In this document: piece by piece, positions 52,535-64,000 of the stretch
Layout of the letters: each line of letters begins with the position of its first letter
Position numbering within the stretch: position 1 is the first letter of the stretch
DNA from: Tubiluchus corallicola
Lineage: Eukaryota > Animalia > Priapulida
Direction of reading: 5' to 3'
Assembly: GCA_030141605.1 (NCBI GenBank)
Contig: JAQGDQ010000709.1
Coordinates: forward strand, 44,960-108,959
Length of the DNA stretch: 64,000 bases
Program-made: the position numbers and the translations under genes
Notes under the pieces: model-generated
Database searches by the model: none
What the model saw: the letters and a program-made list of their open reading frames with translations, nothing else
What the model was told of the DNA's origin: nothing

Positions 52535-53720
52535 TCTCTACTCTACACTCTCACTTTACAATGCACAACAATTGTAGCATACGACATTTTGACCTGCGTG
52601 ACCCACCTTGCGGAGTCCATGACCTTTCCGTAATTGCAACAACTCATTAATTGCTGACTTCTCTACTCTACACTCTCACTTTACAATGCACAACAATTGT
52701 AGCATACGACATTTTGACCTGCGTGACCCACCTTGCAGAGTCCATGACCTTTCCGTAATTGCAACGACTCATTAATTGCTGACTCCTCCACTCTGCATTC
52801 TTACTTTACAATGCACAACAATTGTAGTGTGCGACCTTTTGACCTGCGTGACCCACCTTGCCTAGTCCATGACCTATCCGTAATTCTACTCTACACTCTC
52901 ACTTTACAATGCACAACAATTGTAGTGTGCGACCTTTTGACCTGCGTGACCCACCTTGCCTAGTCCATGACCTATCCGTAATTCTACTCTACACTCTCAC
53001 TTTACAATGCACAACAATTGTAGTGTGCGACCTTTTGACCTGCGTGACCCACCTTGCCTAGTCCATGACCTATCCGTAATTCTACTCTACACTCTCACTT
53101 TACAATCACAACAATTGTAATGTGCACCTGACCTGCGTGACCCACCTTGCCTAGTCCATGACCTATCCGTAATTCTACTCTACACTCTCACTTTACAATG
53201 CACAACAATTGTAGTGTGCGACCTTTTGACCTGCGTGACCCACCTTGCCTAGTCCATGACCTATCCGTAATTCTACTCTACACTCTCACTTTACAATGCA
53301 CAACAATTGTAGTGTGCGACCTTTTGACCTGCGTGACCCACCTTGCCTAGTCCATGACCTATCCGTAATTCTACTCTACACTCTCACTTTACAATGCACA
53401 ACAATTGTAGTGTGCGACCTTTTGACCTGCGTGACCCACCTTGCCTAGTCCATGACCTATCCGTAATTCTACTCTACACTCTCACTTTACAATGCACAAC
53501 CATTGTAGCATACGACCTTTTGACCTGCGTGACCCACCTTGCCTAGTCCATGACCTATCCGTAATTCTACTCTACACTCTCACTTTACAATGCACAACAA
53601 TTGTAGTGTGCGACCTTTTGACCTGCGTGACCCACCTTGCCTAGTCCATGACCTATCCGTAATTGCAACGACTCATTAATTGCTGACTCCTCCACTCTGC
53701 ATTCTTACTTTACAATGCAG
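52535..53720. repeat. 98-bp minisatellite (~11 copies; 124-bp variants at the edges)
   Basis: Unit CTACTCTACACTCTCACTTTACAATGCACAACAATTGTAGTGTGCGACCTTTTGACCTGCGTGACCCACCTTGCCTAGTCCATGACCTATCCGTAATT at 52886, 52984 and onward. Confidence 0.97.
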
Positions 53721-54589
53721 TCAATTAATTTGCCAGTTAATAGAACCCGGCGTCCCCTATTTACCACGTTTATCTAATTCAGAATTTCTCTAATTGAAAA
53801 TCAATTAGAACAACATTAGAGTAGCAGGACGCACCGTCCCGTTGGCGATTTCTCGTGTTTTCTCGTCAAATGTTCTCGTGTTTACACGCTGTTTATTTTT
53901 ATTTGCTTTGCTCCATTCTTGTGAGCATGGCTTCGGCAAATAGAGGTTAGTGGTTTCCCTCGTCACTACACCTGCCACATGTTGGTGAAATCCATACAGT
54001 CTTTGTTGACTTAGCTGCTGCCTGCGTGTCATCAATTTAATGGTTTAGTTATCATTGATATCCTCGTCTCGAGGCTGAGTGCAAACTCCCCCAATTAAAC
54101 CTAAATTTCGTTTATAAAGAAATTGTGTCCATGGCTTCTTTTTCATCTTGCTAGTCTCACAAATTTTCATTATGGACTGGATCAGAGTTCTGGACCCTGC
54201 AAAGAGGTTATGACAACGTCTTTTAAGCCTTTTGCAAGAATTGATAAATAAGCACTGCGATTTCGGATTTCAAAGAGTTTGTTTTTATACTAATTTTCAT
54301 CAGTTGAGCATAGATGGCAGTTCTGAATTGGAAAAAAAGATTCGTTTCCCGCTATTTTCTTTTGCGTGCACCTTTTACGAAGGAGGAGGAGAAATGCAAA
54401 TTTTAAACTTCAAAGCTTGCGTCCTCGCCGAAATTTCGTTAATTGTGTGCAGATGGCAGTAGTGGCCTAGAGTTCATTGCTGCTGCTTCTCTCTCGTTAT
54501 CTGCACAACTCTTACCTTATGTAGGAAAAATGACTTAAAGGGGATGAAAAGTCTGTCTGGAAAACAGTATGTTCAACGAACATGTATGT

Positions 54590-54997
54590 TGCACATGTTT
54601 GCGACAACAAAAACTGTACTGTACAACATTCAGTGTGATATAGGAAAGCTTGGCAAATTTTAAGTCTAAAATTCAAATTTCAAATTTACCATGTGCTCAC
54701 GCAAAGCTCAGGAACGTATGCAGTACGTCACTAATGAACACCTGCGAACTCGGAAGTACAGTACCTGTTTTTTATACAACGTGCATCCGAGATGCAGGTG
54801 CTAGCACCCATCTAACTAGCAAATCGTGAAATACATGTAACACCAAAGAAATAGCCATGGGAAAGCGAAATTGCATTTATGTGGTAATAATTCTTTCACT
54901 TGAGTCATTATTGAAAAAATAGTATGTTCCCTTTCAATATTTTACAGGTTAGACTGTTTTGAGTTTATAGTTTAAGAATGTGTCCGGTTTTACTTCA
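54590..54997 (+). mobile_element. Kolobok-like MITE fragment (5238-5848 family)
   Basis: CCGAGATGCAGGTGCTAGC..TAACTAGC..TAATAATTCTTTCAC..CCCTTTCAATATTTT shared. Confidence 0.7.
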
Positions 54998-55392
54998 ATG
55001 ATCGTGCCGTGCTTGCCGGTTCCATAAATTGAATGTATTTTTGTACCTTGTAGTTAAAGGTGTAAAATTTAAATATAATGTTTACGGCAGTCCAGATTGT
55101 GTTCTGTTTTACTGGAATGTGCCGTACTTGCGGGTTCCATAAATTGAATGTATTTTTTGCACTTTGTACTTAACGGTGTAAACTTCAAATATGATGTTTA
55201 CTGCAGTCCAGATTTCTTGTTCTGTGTCCGGTTTTACTTAAATGATCGTGATTGCGTCCAGATTGTGTCCGGTTTTACTTAAATGTGCCGTACTTGCGGG
55301 TTCCATAAATTGAATGTATTTTTTGCACTTTGTACTTAACGGTGTAAACTTTAAATATAATGTTACTACTGCAGTCTAGATTCCTTGTTCCG
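54978..55392. repeat. Three diverged tandem copies (~115-165 bp) at the end of the MITE
   Basis: GTGCCGTACTTGCGGGTTCCATAAATTGAATGTATTTT at ~55004, 55119 and 55285. Confidence 0.85.
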
Positions 55393-58300
55393 TGTGTAAT
55401 AATATCACTAGGCTGGCCCATATCAACTACTTTGACAACTCCACACTTGTCAATCATAGACAACGTTTAATCAAGCCCCCACACCCCCCACGGTGAGTAC
55501 AATCGTGCCCCACCTAACTTCTTTAAATTACAGTGCAACGATAATTACTACATCCTAAACGCTCGCATGTCAATTACACGCCATTTTAGTGTTTCGATTA
55601 TTCCAGGGGTCGCACAGTTTAGCTTTCCAGAGACGAGGGATGCCCAACAAATGATAATAATTACATTATTAAGTCGGAAATAATCGTATTTGTTCGCAGG
55701 GCTCGTCGTGAGATTGATTGTGCGTGGAATACGAGCTCTATTTATATGTAAATTTGCAATTACAGCCAAATCAGTGATCACTTAATCAGATTCTTTTTGT
55801 AATCAGTTATAGGAATCAAAACTTTTTCCTGGTGATTTTAGTAGGCCTAAAAGAGGCCTTCATTTATTATTAATTCTGATACTTAGACGATACCAAATGC
55901 CTTCATTAGATAGTTTGGATCTATGGCGATTGTAAGGTGTCTTATGCAAAAGTAAATATAGACTATCGCAAGTTTGACAAGGAAATCTTCATTCCATCTT
56001 ATAAATATGGTACTTTTTCTAACTTTTCTTAGAGGTCGACCAAATGTCCTCGCCTAAATTGTGAATGTCCTGGTGAACTCTGCGGCCAAATATTGCAGTG
56101 AATAGGCCCGTAAGCTTTCCTGACCAACTCTTAACGCGTGACACAAAAATAGCTACAAAATCACACAATTTATTTGTGCTGTGTACAGGGCTTCCTGGAT
56201 TTCTTGTTCTTTTCCATTTTGATGCGAAATGTTTCAGTTCTTGTAAATGTGATTGGTATGCTTGGACTGATTTCAGTCCGTTTTCAGTTTTATATCATTT
56301 TGTGAAAGTTTAGACGTGAAAGAAATGCAAGGAATAAGAGTTCGGTTTACGGCACGGTCCATCGAGGACCACTTGAAGTCCACTTGAGACTAAATTGACT
56401 GCATATCGCTTGTAATTCAATACCCTCTATAATGGATATGGATTTATTGTAGTATTTGCTTCGGAATTTCTCTAATCTCATTTGGCTGTTTTGACATTGG
56501 GTTGTTAAACTTTTCTTGGATATTGGATCATCTACCTATCATCAGAAAACTTTGTTTGGTCAAGTTTGTACTCGTATATGTAACTGAATGATCTAACATT
56601 GTGGTCAAGCCGCTCATTGGAGACTAGTTTATTAACAGACGCTATCTAGGAACTGCTTGGTAGAGGTCTGATTAGGTACTTAACTTTAGTTTGATTATCA
56701 TTATAACGTTAAACGACAGAGCATGGCTGCGTTTGCTTTTGAAAAACGCAGATTTCAAAAGACTATTTTTGAAACTATGAAACTAATATGACAAGGAGCG
56801 TAACCAACGAAACAAGTAAGCAAGACAAAACGAAAAGTGAAAGAATGAAAAAGAGGGCAGGAAGGGGAAGGAAAGATAGCAAGGAAAGATTGAAAGATAG
56901 AAAAATAAGAAATGAAAGAATAAAAAAGCTTCATACTAATATTCCAAATTCGACAATTTTCAAAAATGTTGTGAAGGTGCACATGCAAAGCTTGTCATTT
57001 TTTTAAAAAAATCTTCACGATTTGAACCAGCGTGCACAATAGCACTACCTTTTATGTAATGATCAAGTTTTCACTTGGCCATTTTGTATTTGGGCCCAGT
57101 TATTACATGTTTTAGACTGTTGACCAGTAGCAGCTGGTACATTAGCGCATTTAGAACTGTATTTACATAAACTGTTTTGTGTTATGAAAATAATAAAAAC
57201 TTTTAGTTAGTTTTTTGGAGTGCCTCAAGGCTGCGTCTTAGGGCCGCTCGTGTTTCTTTGCAAAGTTTTGATTGACGCAAAAACTCGCCCGGGTTTTGTG
57301 ACGGTAGCGCCACTGATTAGCCTGATTAGGAAACTACGGCGTGAGAACTCGTTTCACCTTTTCATACTGGTAGCTTTTAGTTGAGAAAGAATCTACGCTC
57401 AAATACCACCACTACCGTCTCCAGCTGCTTTGCCACCGATACGCTTCCATACAAGCTTTCAAGGCGCGGAATTTTTTGACAAATTTCAGCTAATTTGTGT
57501 CAATGCAGCTGTGTTCTTTGAACAGTACTAGTGCACTCGAGTTTAACGCTATTTAAATGACAATGTTCGTCGACCATTACCTAAAATTATTCGTTACCTT
57601 TGTTCGCTAAAACTAAGCTAATTTAGAACAAACCCTGCCCGCGCAGGGAATTGTGGGATATCTGCAAATAAAGGCGGCCTTTCATTCGAGCTTCTTTGTC
57701 TTGCGTCTTGAAAAATATTTTCTTCTGTGTTAAACCAATAATTTTGGCGCCTTGGCCTTCAAGCTAAAACGCATTGCTTACTCATTTTCCCTGCTTTGAA
57801 AGCTTACATTAAATGCGTATTGTTCATTGAGACTTCGTTGACTAAGTTTTCAGCTATTCAATTTGAACGTGGGAGTGAATTTCGTCGTCATAATGCTCTT
57901 AAGTTTTTTTTTGTAATAGCTATGCACTTATCGTTCTCGCTGATCACAGTCGTCATCACTGCCGCTGCCCTGCAATCATTCTATAATTAAAGGACAAGAA
58001 AAGGGGGTACCTAAAGTAGGTTTCAGAAAAATCGCCTTAAAGAATTATATTACTTTATCGCAATTTTATGCGTACATCGTACTCACTTTGAATAGATTTT
58101 TTTGTCTATTTTTATTTTAAATTTCCTGTGACATTGTACCGACCGCGGCATTACATGACGTCATACACGCACAACGTAGATCAGGCGAAGAAAAGAAATT
58201 GTTAAACTACGTCATAAAAACTTTCTGTGCAAAGTTATTTTACTTAGCATTTCCCTTACCTGCTTCAAAGATTTATGTAGCCAGAAAAGCTAATTATTAG

Positions 58301-58678
58301 TTATCTAAGATGCTTTCACCAATTGGTAAAATAACGCTGACTTACCTCCAGGGTGCGCCACACACTAACCAAAAAACGTATTTTTAATCTTATTGACAAG
58401 ATACAGTAACTTTAAATTTTACTTACTTAGTAACATGTGCGCTACGAATGCTCTGATTATTTTTTCAGAGTTCACCCAATGTTATTTAAATTTGTTTCAA
58501 ATGACCTGTCGTCAAAATGGCTGCGTCTAACGGCCATCGCGGGAGTTCACGTTTACATGTTTTATACAGCGTTACAGCCGACGCAAGCACTGTATGCGAA
58601 AAGGCAGTATGTAAGTGGTATAAAATTTCAAAACGAATTTTTTAAGCTTATGTAAGTGGAGGTTTTTTTGTGCTTTAA

Positions 58679-59136
58679 CCGTTTCAGTCCCAAATTATTT
58701 TTTTAATAAGAAAATTTTTTTGGCTTGGTACTTTTGTTCAGTATGTCCATCTTGTTTACACATAATAATTATTTTTTTTACCTGTGCCCGCGTGCTAAAT
58801 GTAGGCTGTATCCCACGGGATACATTGGGATTCAACGGAAGCATAAAATGTGCTTCATTTTGCAACTGCTGATAATTTTTTAAAGTATTTAAGACATTTA
58901 GTATGCATGCTATGCTGATCTGTACAAAGTCATCTCTAAAGTACTGTACCTTGCACAGTTTTTTATGCCATGTAGATTTCCTAGTTTGCCATTTTATCAC
59001 CATTTTTAGTCTATTGTTATTGGCTTAAATCAAAATAACTATTAACAGATCAAATAAATGTCAGTTTTAAAATTTTATTAATTTTAAAGGCAGAAAATAT
59101 TCTCATATCCCATGGGATGAAACGGGTATGAAAGGG
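58679..59136 (+). mobile_element. piggyBac-type MITE copy 3
   Basis: TTAA|CCGTTTCAGTCCC...GGGTATGAAAGGG|TTAA; colinear with 19872-20332. Confidence 0.93.
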
Positions 59137-59618
59137 TTAAAGTTATTATTTAAAAATGCCTATTCTATGAGCATGATTAGGCCTGATTTCATTTTCTGTC
59201 AAAATTTACCCATATATCCCGAGATTTTTTTACAATTATTTCTCGCCTATTTACGTAGCTACTTAAAAACTGTGTAATTTAAGTTGTAATTTATTCCAAA
59301 TTATAATTTGAAGATATAAGTTACTTTCAATTAAAATGAATTAAATTACTAGTAATTATACAGCGCATGTTGTTTACACAGGACGTGACAACATTTGTGT
59401 TTGTCGGTGGCAAAGGTCTAATTCAACTGGCCACAAATATTTAGAATTGCAAAGTTTTTAATATAATCACCCGTGCTAGGCGTAATTCTAGTTTAACACG
59501 CCACAAACTGTTTGAGGTTGCACCTTTATAATAAGCCGAAGCCTGAATTTGAACCAGGACTTTCTGCTTACACTGCAGACCTTGTAGACCAACTAGGCCA
59601 CGCATATCACGACGGTAA

Positions 59619-60690
59619 AGGCAATTCAAATTTCATTATTTTTTATTAATGTTACTTTTTCCACAGTGTCAGAAAATATGCATTCAACGGCATGTATAAT
59701 GCGAATTTAACAGTAATACTACTTAACACGCCACAAGCGGTTAGTTGATGGTCGGCGTTCAGTGCTTACTGTGTCTCAATTATTTCAATTGTCTCAGGTT
59801 TTTTGTAGATTGCAAAGTTAACCAAACTTTAGCAGTCGAAGTTCGTATTCAGTAAGAACATTTCTCTGTATTTGTGATTGATATACAATAAACAGTTGGT
59901 TATATCGATCTTAATAAGGTGTTATGTATCTTTCTTAATTAAAGGGTTTTGTACATTGCATAACTTTGACTCATGTATGATCCACAGATTCTGTAATCCA
60001 GACTAGTTAGTGAAGAATGTACTACGAATGCTCTGATTTATTTTTTCAAACTTTACACAGTGTTATCTAAACTTATTCCACACTACTTATCGTTAAAATT
60101 GCTGCACATAGCTCTCACGTGCAACAGTTTCAATTTAGGCAATTCAAATTTCATTATTTTTTATTAATGTTACTTTTTCCACAGTGTCAGAAAATATGCG
60201 TTCAACGGCATGTATAATGCGAATTTAACAGTGATACTACTTAACACGCCACAAGCGGTTAGTTGATGGCCGCCTATAAATGGTCGGCGTTCAGTGCTTA
60301 CTGTGTCTCAATTATTTCAATTGTCTCAGGTTTTTTGTAGATTGCAAAGTTAACCAAACTTTAGCAATCGAAGTTCGTATTCAGTAAGAACATTTCTCTG
60401 TATTTGTGATTGATATACAATAAACAGTTGGTTATATCGATCTTAATAAGGCTTTATTTATCTTTATTTTAATTTTTTTATCTGTCTTAATTAAAGGGTT
60501 TTGTGCATTACAAAACTTTGACTCATGTATGATTCACAGATTCTATAACCCAGACTAGTTAGTGAAAAATGTACTACGAATGCCCTGATTATTTTTTTCA
60601 AACTTTACACAATGTTATCTAAACTTGTTTCATACTACTTATCGTTAAAATTGCTGCACATAACTGTCACGTGCAACAGTTTCAATTTAC
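59619..60690 (+). repeat. Tandem duplication of ~520/550 bp
   Basis: AGGCAATTCAAATTTCATTATT... starts at 59619 and 60137; both units end GCAACAGTTTCAATTT. Confidence 0.92.
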
Positions 60691-61095
60691 AAGTTTTATA
60701 CAGCGTTGCTGCCGACACAAGCTCTATATGCAATAAGACAGCATGCAGGGGCATCTAAAATTTCGTGTAAAAAATATGAAATAACGTAAGTAAACCGTTT
60801 TTATGCTTTAACCACTTTAATATGTGATAGCAACCTACCTTAACGCGGTAAACCTGCCGAGAGCGAGTATTGAATCAAGGCGGTCACCCGTCGATTCGCA
60901 GACCACTGTCAGTGTTGCTTAACTACGGTTGCAAAGCACACACATGCATGACCACTAAACTGTTCACTCGCCTCAAAAATTTCTTCCTCCTTATGCATCC
61001 AAATTTGCTTCGCTTTTTTTTGCTTTTGCGAAAAAGAAGCTTGTTACGACGCTGTGTTACTTCCAAGCATTAATTAAAATAATTTAATATTTCAG

Positions 61096-61261
61096 ATGAT
61101 ATTAAATTATGACAACGTGGTAGATATACTCAGCATAGCTCAGCATCTCGGCTTGGATGATCTCCAGAGAAACTGCGAGGATTTCGTTGCTAGGCAACTG
61201 AACATAGACAATGCCTGTTTGTTCCTGGCCGCAGCAATGCGCATGGGGCAGCAGTATCAAG
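61096..61261 (+). CDS. BTB/POZ-BACK domain protein, coding exon 3
   Basis: tttcAG acceptor, phase 0. MILNYDNVVDILSIAQHLGLDDLQRNCEDFVARQLNIDNACLFLAAAM is the end of BTB/start of BACK. Donor G|GTAAGA, phase 1. Confidence 0.92.
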
Positions 61262-61776
61262 GTAAGAATGTATCCTGTTTGTATGGCGCTTTGCAGTAGA
61301 AGAGATATGAGTTCAAATCCGAGTGGGTGATATTTTTTTATTTATTTTTTATTTTTTTCTAATTATTGGTGGTAAGGATTTCGTTCATATAGCTGAAATA
61401 TCATTTGCGCTGTGACAATGTTGTGAGCTTAAGTAACTCGGCAATGTGTGTACCTTAAAGGATACATTGAACTGATGGATTACGAGGCAGAATTTCTAGT
61501 AAACTTACTCCTATAACAAAAATGGGAAACTCTCTATAACGTTTGGGGTGGGGTGTGGGTGGAGCTACCTCATATTTTTGATACATTAGATATTTGATCA
61601 TATTTCCACGCTCAATTGTGGAATGTGCCTCCTTAATAGTCGCTAATCCACATTTTGCAGTTTGCATTTCAGTATTCTTGATGTGTTTTCAAGGTTTGCT
61701 GGATTTAAAGGTTTCCCATGTTGCATTTTACACTTTACCCTGTTTTGGATTTAACATTTCGGCGTGCTTTTTCTAG

Positions 61777-61907
61777 GAACGGGTGATAATTCATTCGTGG
61801 AAAGATGCGCGGAGTTCATCGAGGAGAATGCGGAAGAGTGCATCCACACGGAATCATTTCTCAAGTTGCCAAAGGATGCCCTAATCAGGCTAGTCTCTTC
61901 CGACCAG
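61777..61907 (+). CDS. BTB/POZ-BACK domain protein, coding exon 4 (gene continues beyond window)
   Basis: ttctAG acceptor, phase 1 (G+GA). TGDNSFVERCAEFIEENAEECIHTESFLKLPKDALIRLVSSDQ is the classic BACK motif. Donor CAG|GTGAGT. Confidence 0.92.
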
Positions 61908-62094
61908 GTGAGTAAAGGCTCACTGGTGGTGGTGACGATGATGTTTTTTCATTTTTCAGATGGATTACCCATTCGTCCACTGCCCATCCTCTGTACCATC
62001 CTAAAGGAAAACGGGACGCTTTACGGGACTACCGTAAAAAGTACACATTTTAATACCGTAATAATGACAAAGTATTTTTGATGATTAAATGATA

Positions 62095-62586
62095 GGCTGA
62101 AAACTTGATTAATGGCTGGTGATTGACATCACAACTGAACATAATTTTCCACTGCGCAAAAACATTCCACGAGTATGTTGGACGTGTTTGCAAAAGCGGA
62201 AATTGAAGTACAGTGCTGCTGTACAATATTCAATGTGATGTACAAAAACTCGGCAAATTTTAAGTTTGAAATTAAAATTTCAAATTTCCTGCCTTGTTTA
62301 CGCACGAGCTCTCGAACGTGTGTGCTACGTCACAATTGAACCACATTTGTACTGGGAGGTACAGCACCTTTTTTCGTGCAACGTGTTTCCGAGATGCAGA
62401 TGCTAGTGCCCGTCTAACTAGTGAAAGGCGAAATGCACGTAACAGGAAAGAACTACTGGCTCGAAGGTGAAATTATGTTTCTGTGGTAATAATTCTTTCA
62501 CCTAAATCATTCTTAACAAATCCCTTTCAATATTTTATAGCTTAGATTTTCTTGATCTATAGTTTTAGACTGTGTCCAGTTTTCCT
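62095..62586 (+). mobile_element. Kolobok-like MITE (5238-5848 family)
   Basis: Colinear with 5380-5848 (TGACATCACAAC..CATTCCACGAG..AAAACTCGGCAAATTTTAA..CCGAGATGCAG); ends GTTTTCCT|TTAA. Confidence 0.75.
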
Positions 62587-63349
62587 TTAAGCTCAGTCAC
62601 CACTAATGCCGCCTTAACCACCCAGCCATGCGCACAACCTCGTAAAAATTTTGCAAACTAACAATTGACTTTACAAAAGTAGCAATTATGTTTCGATCAC
62701 TTCTTCACGAAAGTAAATTTTAATTTCAGTTTCATTCTATTAGGGACTCTTCGCGTATCTAAACGTGTTTCGAAATCAAATTATGATTTCATAATTATTT
62801 CATCAGTTTATTAAAATTACCGTGAATTCAAACGCGTTATCCTCATCTTCATAATTTATGCAGGAGAGTTGAGATTTGAGAATACGCCTAAATTTCATTT
62901 TCCACGTGGCCCTGATGAAGCTTTAGCTTTTTTGCAGCCTCTGTTCCGGCCGCAAATTCTTTGTCCTATGTAATTAAAATATCAAATTATTCTAAATGAA
63001 ATTTTAACAATACTAAGTCTATATATGCGAGTAAGGAACATCTGTTCTTTGAGTTTAGCTCACATTCGAATTTCGTTTTCTTTCACGTGACATTAATCCG
63101 GCTCAGTTCAACGGGAACTCGAGTAGCATCATCCTGATCCTGCAAGAAATATTTCTTTTAATTATTTATTATATGAAAATTATGCCGTGGAAGACAAAGG
63201 AAAATTTGCAAAACATTTGCGTTTCTTTCATCAAGATCCACCGAGAATATTATTCGAAATTAAGCGGGGATTGAAATTTCGTGTTCGGATCATTTGGGAA
63301 CAATTGTGTTATGCACAAACTGGGCATGTTAAATGATACAAATTGCGCG

Positions 63350-63480
63350 ATACGATAACAATGCGATACAATGCTGTTGATAACATACGATATGATAACA
63401 ATGCGATACAATGCTGTTGATAACATAAGATATGATAACAATGCGATACAATGTTCTTCCCAACAATGCGATATGGATAA
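63350..63480. repeat. Short 39-bp tandem repeat (GATAACAATGCGATACAATGCTGTTGATAACATA..)
   Basis: Unit at ~63354, 63393 and partial at 63433. Confidence 0.8.
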
Positions 63481-64000
63481 TCTGTTTTTCAAATGACAGG
63501 ATGCGATGCGACAAATTATTACCTCAAATTCAATTCAATTCAATTTTTTCTTAATAGCAGTTAAAATTCGACATAATTATTTTTACATTTCATTGCAACT
63601 GAGAAGGAGCAGCGAAAGATGTATTGGTCACTTGGTCAGCTGCCCCTTATTAAAAATACAAGTTTACTTACAGGCTCATGATATTTTTTAGGTGTTTGTA
63701 TATATATAATGCCTCGTGACTTGTTAATGATTGTGTTGTTTGATTCTTTGATTGTAAAAGCTAACAGGCTTAATAATTGTGGGCAAAATTTAATTCGGAA
63801 CCAGCTCTCCCCCCTATTTTCTTGCCCATAAGTGTCTCGTGTAATTAGTAACATCACTTTAAAGTAGCGGTCAATCACTCTCGGGGTCATTTGTACGCCG
63901 ATTCCTCCACCAGTGACGTCACGTCGAAGTAGCGCACTGTTAATTTCCGTCAAAAGTATAATAAACCTTTACAAAAAATAGTTAATTTTGTGATATCTTT

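Noticed and set aside
62905-62945. Hammerhead ribozyme (CTGATGA core)
   Set aside because: No GAAA after a stem II and no closing helices found

Overview
AT-rich, repeat-dense eukaryotic (metazoan invertebrate) genomic DNA. The 5S-type sequence looks lophotrochozoan, which is only an inference. Two genes lie head-to-head. The first coding exon of a Frizzled-5/8-type Wnt receptor is on the minus strand at the left edge (210..19), interrupted by a GT intron inside the CRD. A BTB/POZ-BACK adaptor gene on the plus strand has four frame-consistent coding exons (10881-11104, 25112-25241, 61096-61261, 61777-61907) separated by introns of about 14 kb, 35.9 kb and 0.5 kb; it continues beyond the window. 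The rest is intergenic or intronic and filled with mobile-element debris and tandem repeats. These include two TSD-flanked copies of a SINE with a full-length 5S rRNA head and an RTE-like body/tail (the most unusual item), three copies of a TTAA-flanked piggyBac-type MITE, Kolobok-like and hAT-like MITEs (several nested), 5'-truncated RTE/RTE-X/L2-CR1 LINE ends, tRNA-derived SINEs, 50-bp and 98-bp minisatellites, local duplications and many long microsatellites. There are no prokaryotic features or CRISPR arrays, and most ORF-track entries are repeat artefacts. I do not see a clearly new multi-gene system.
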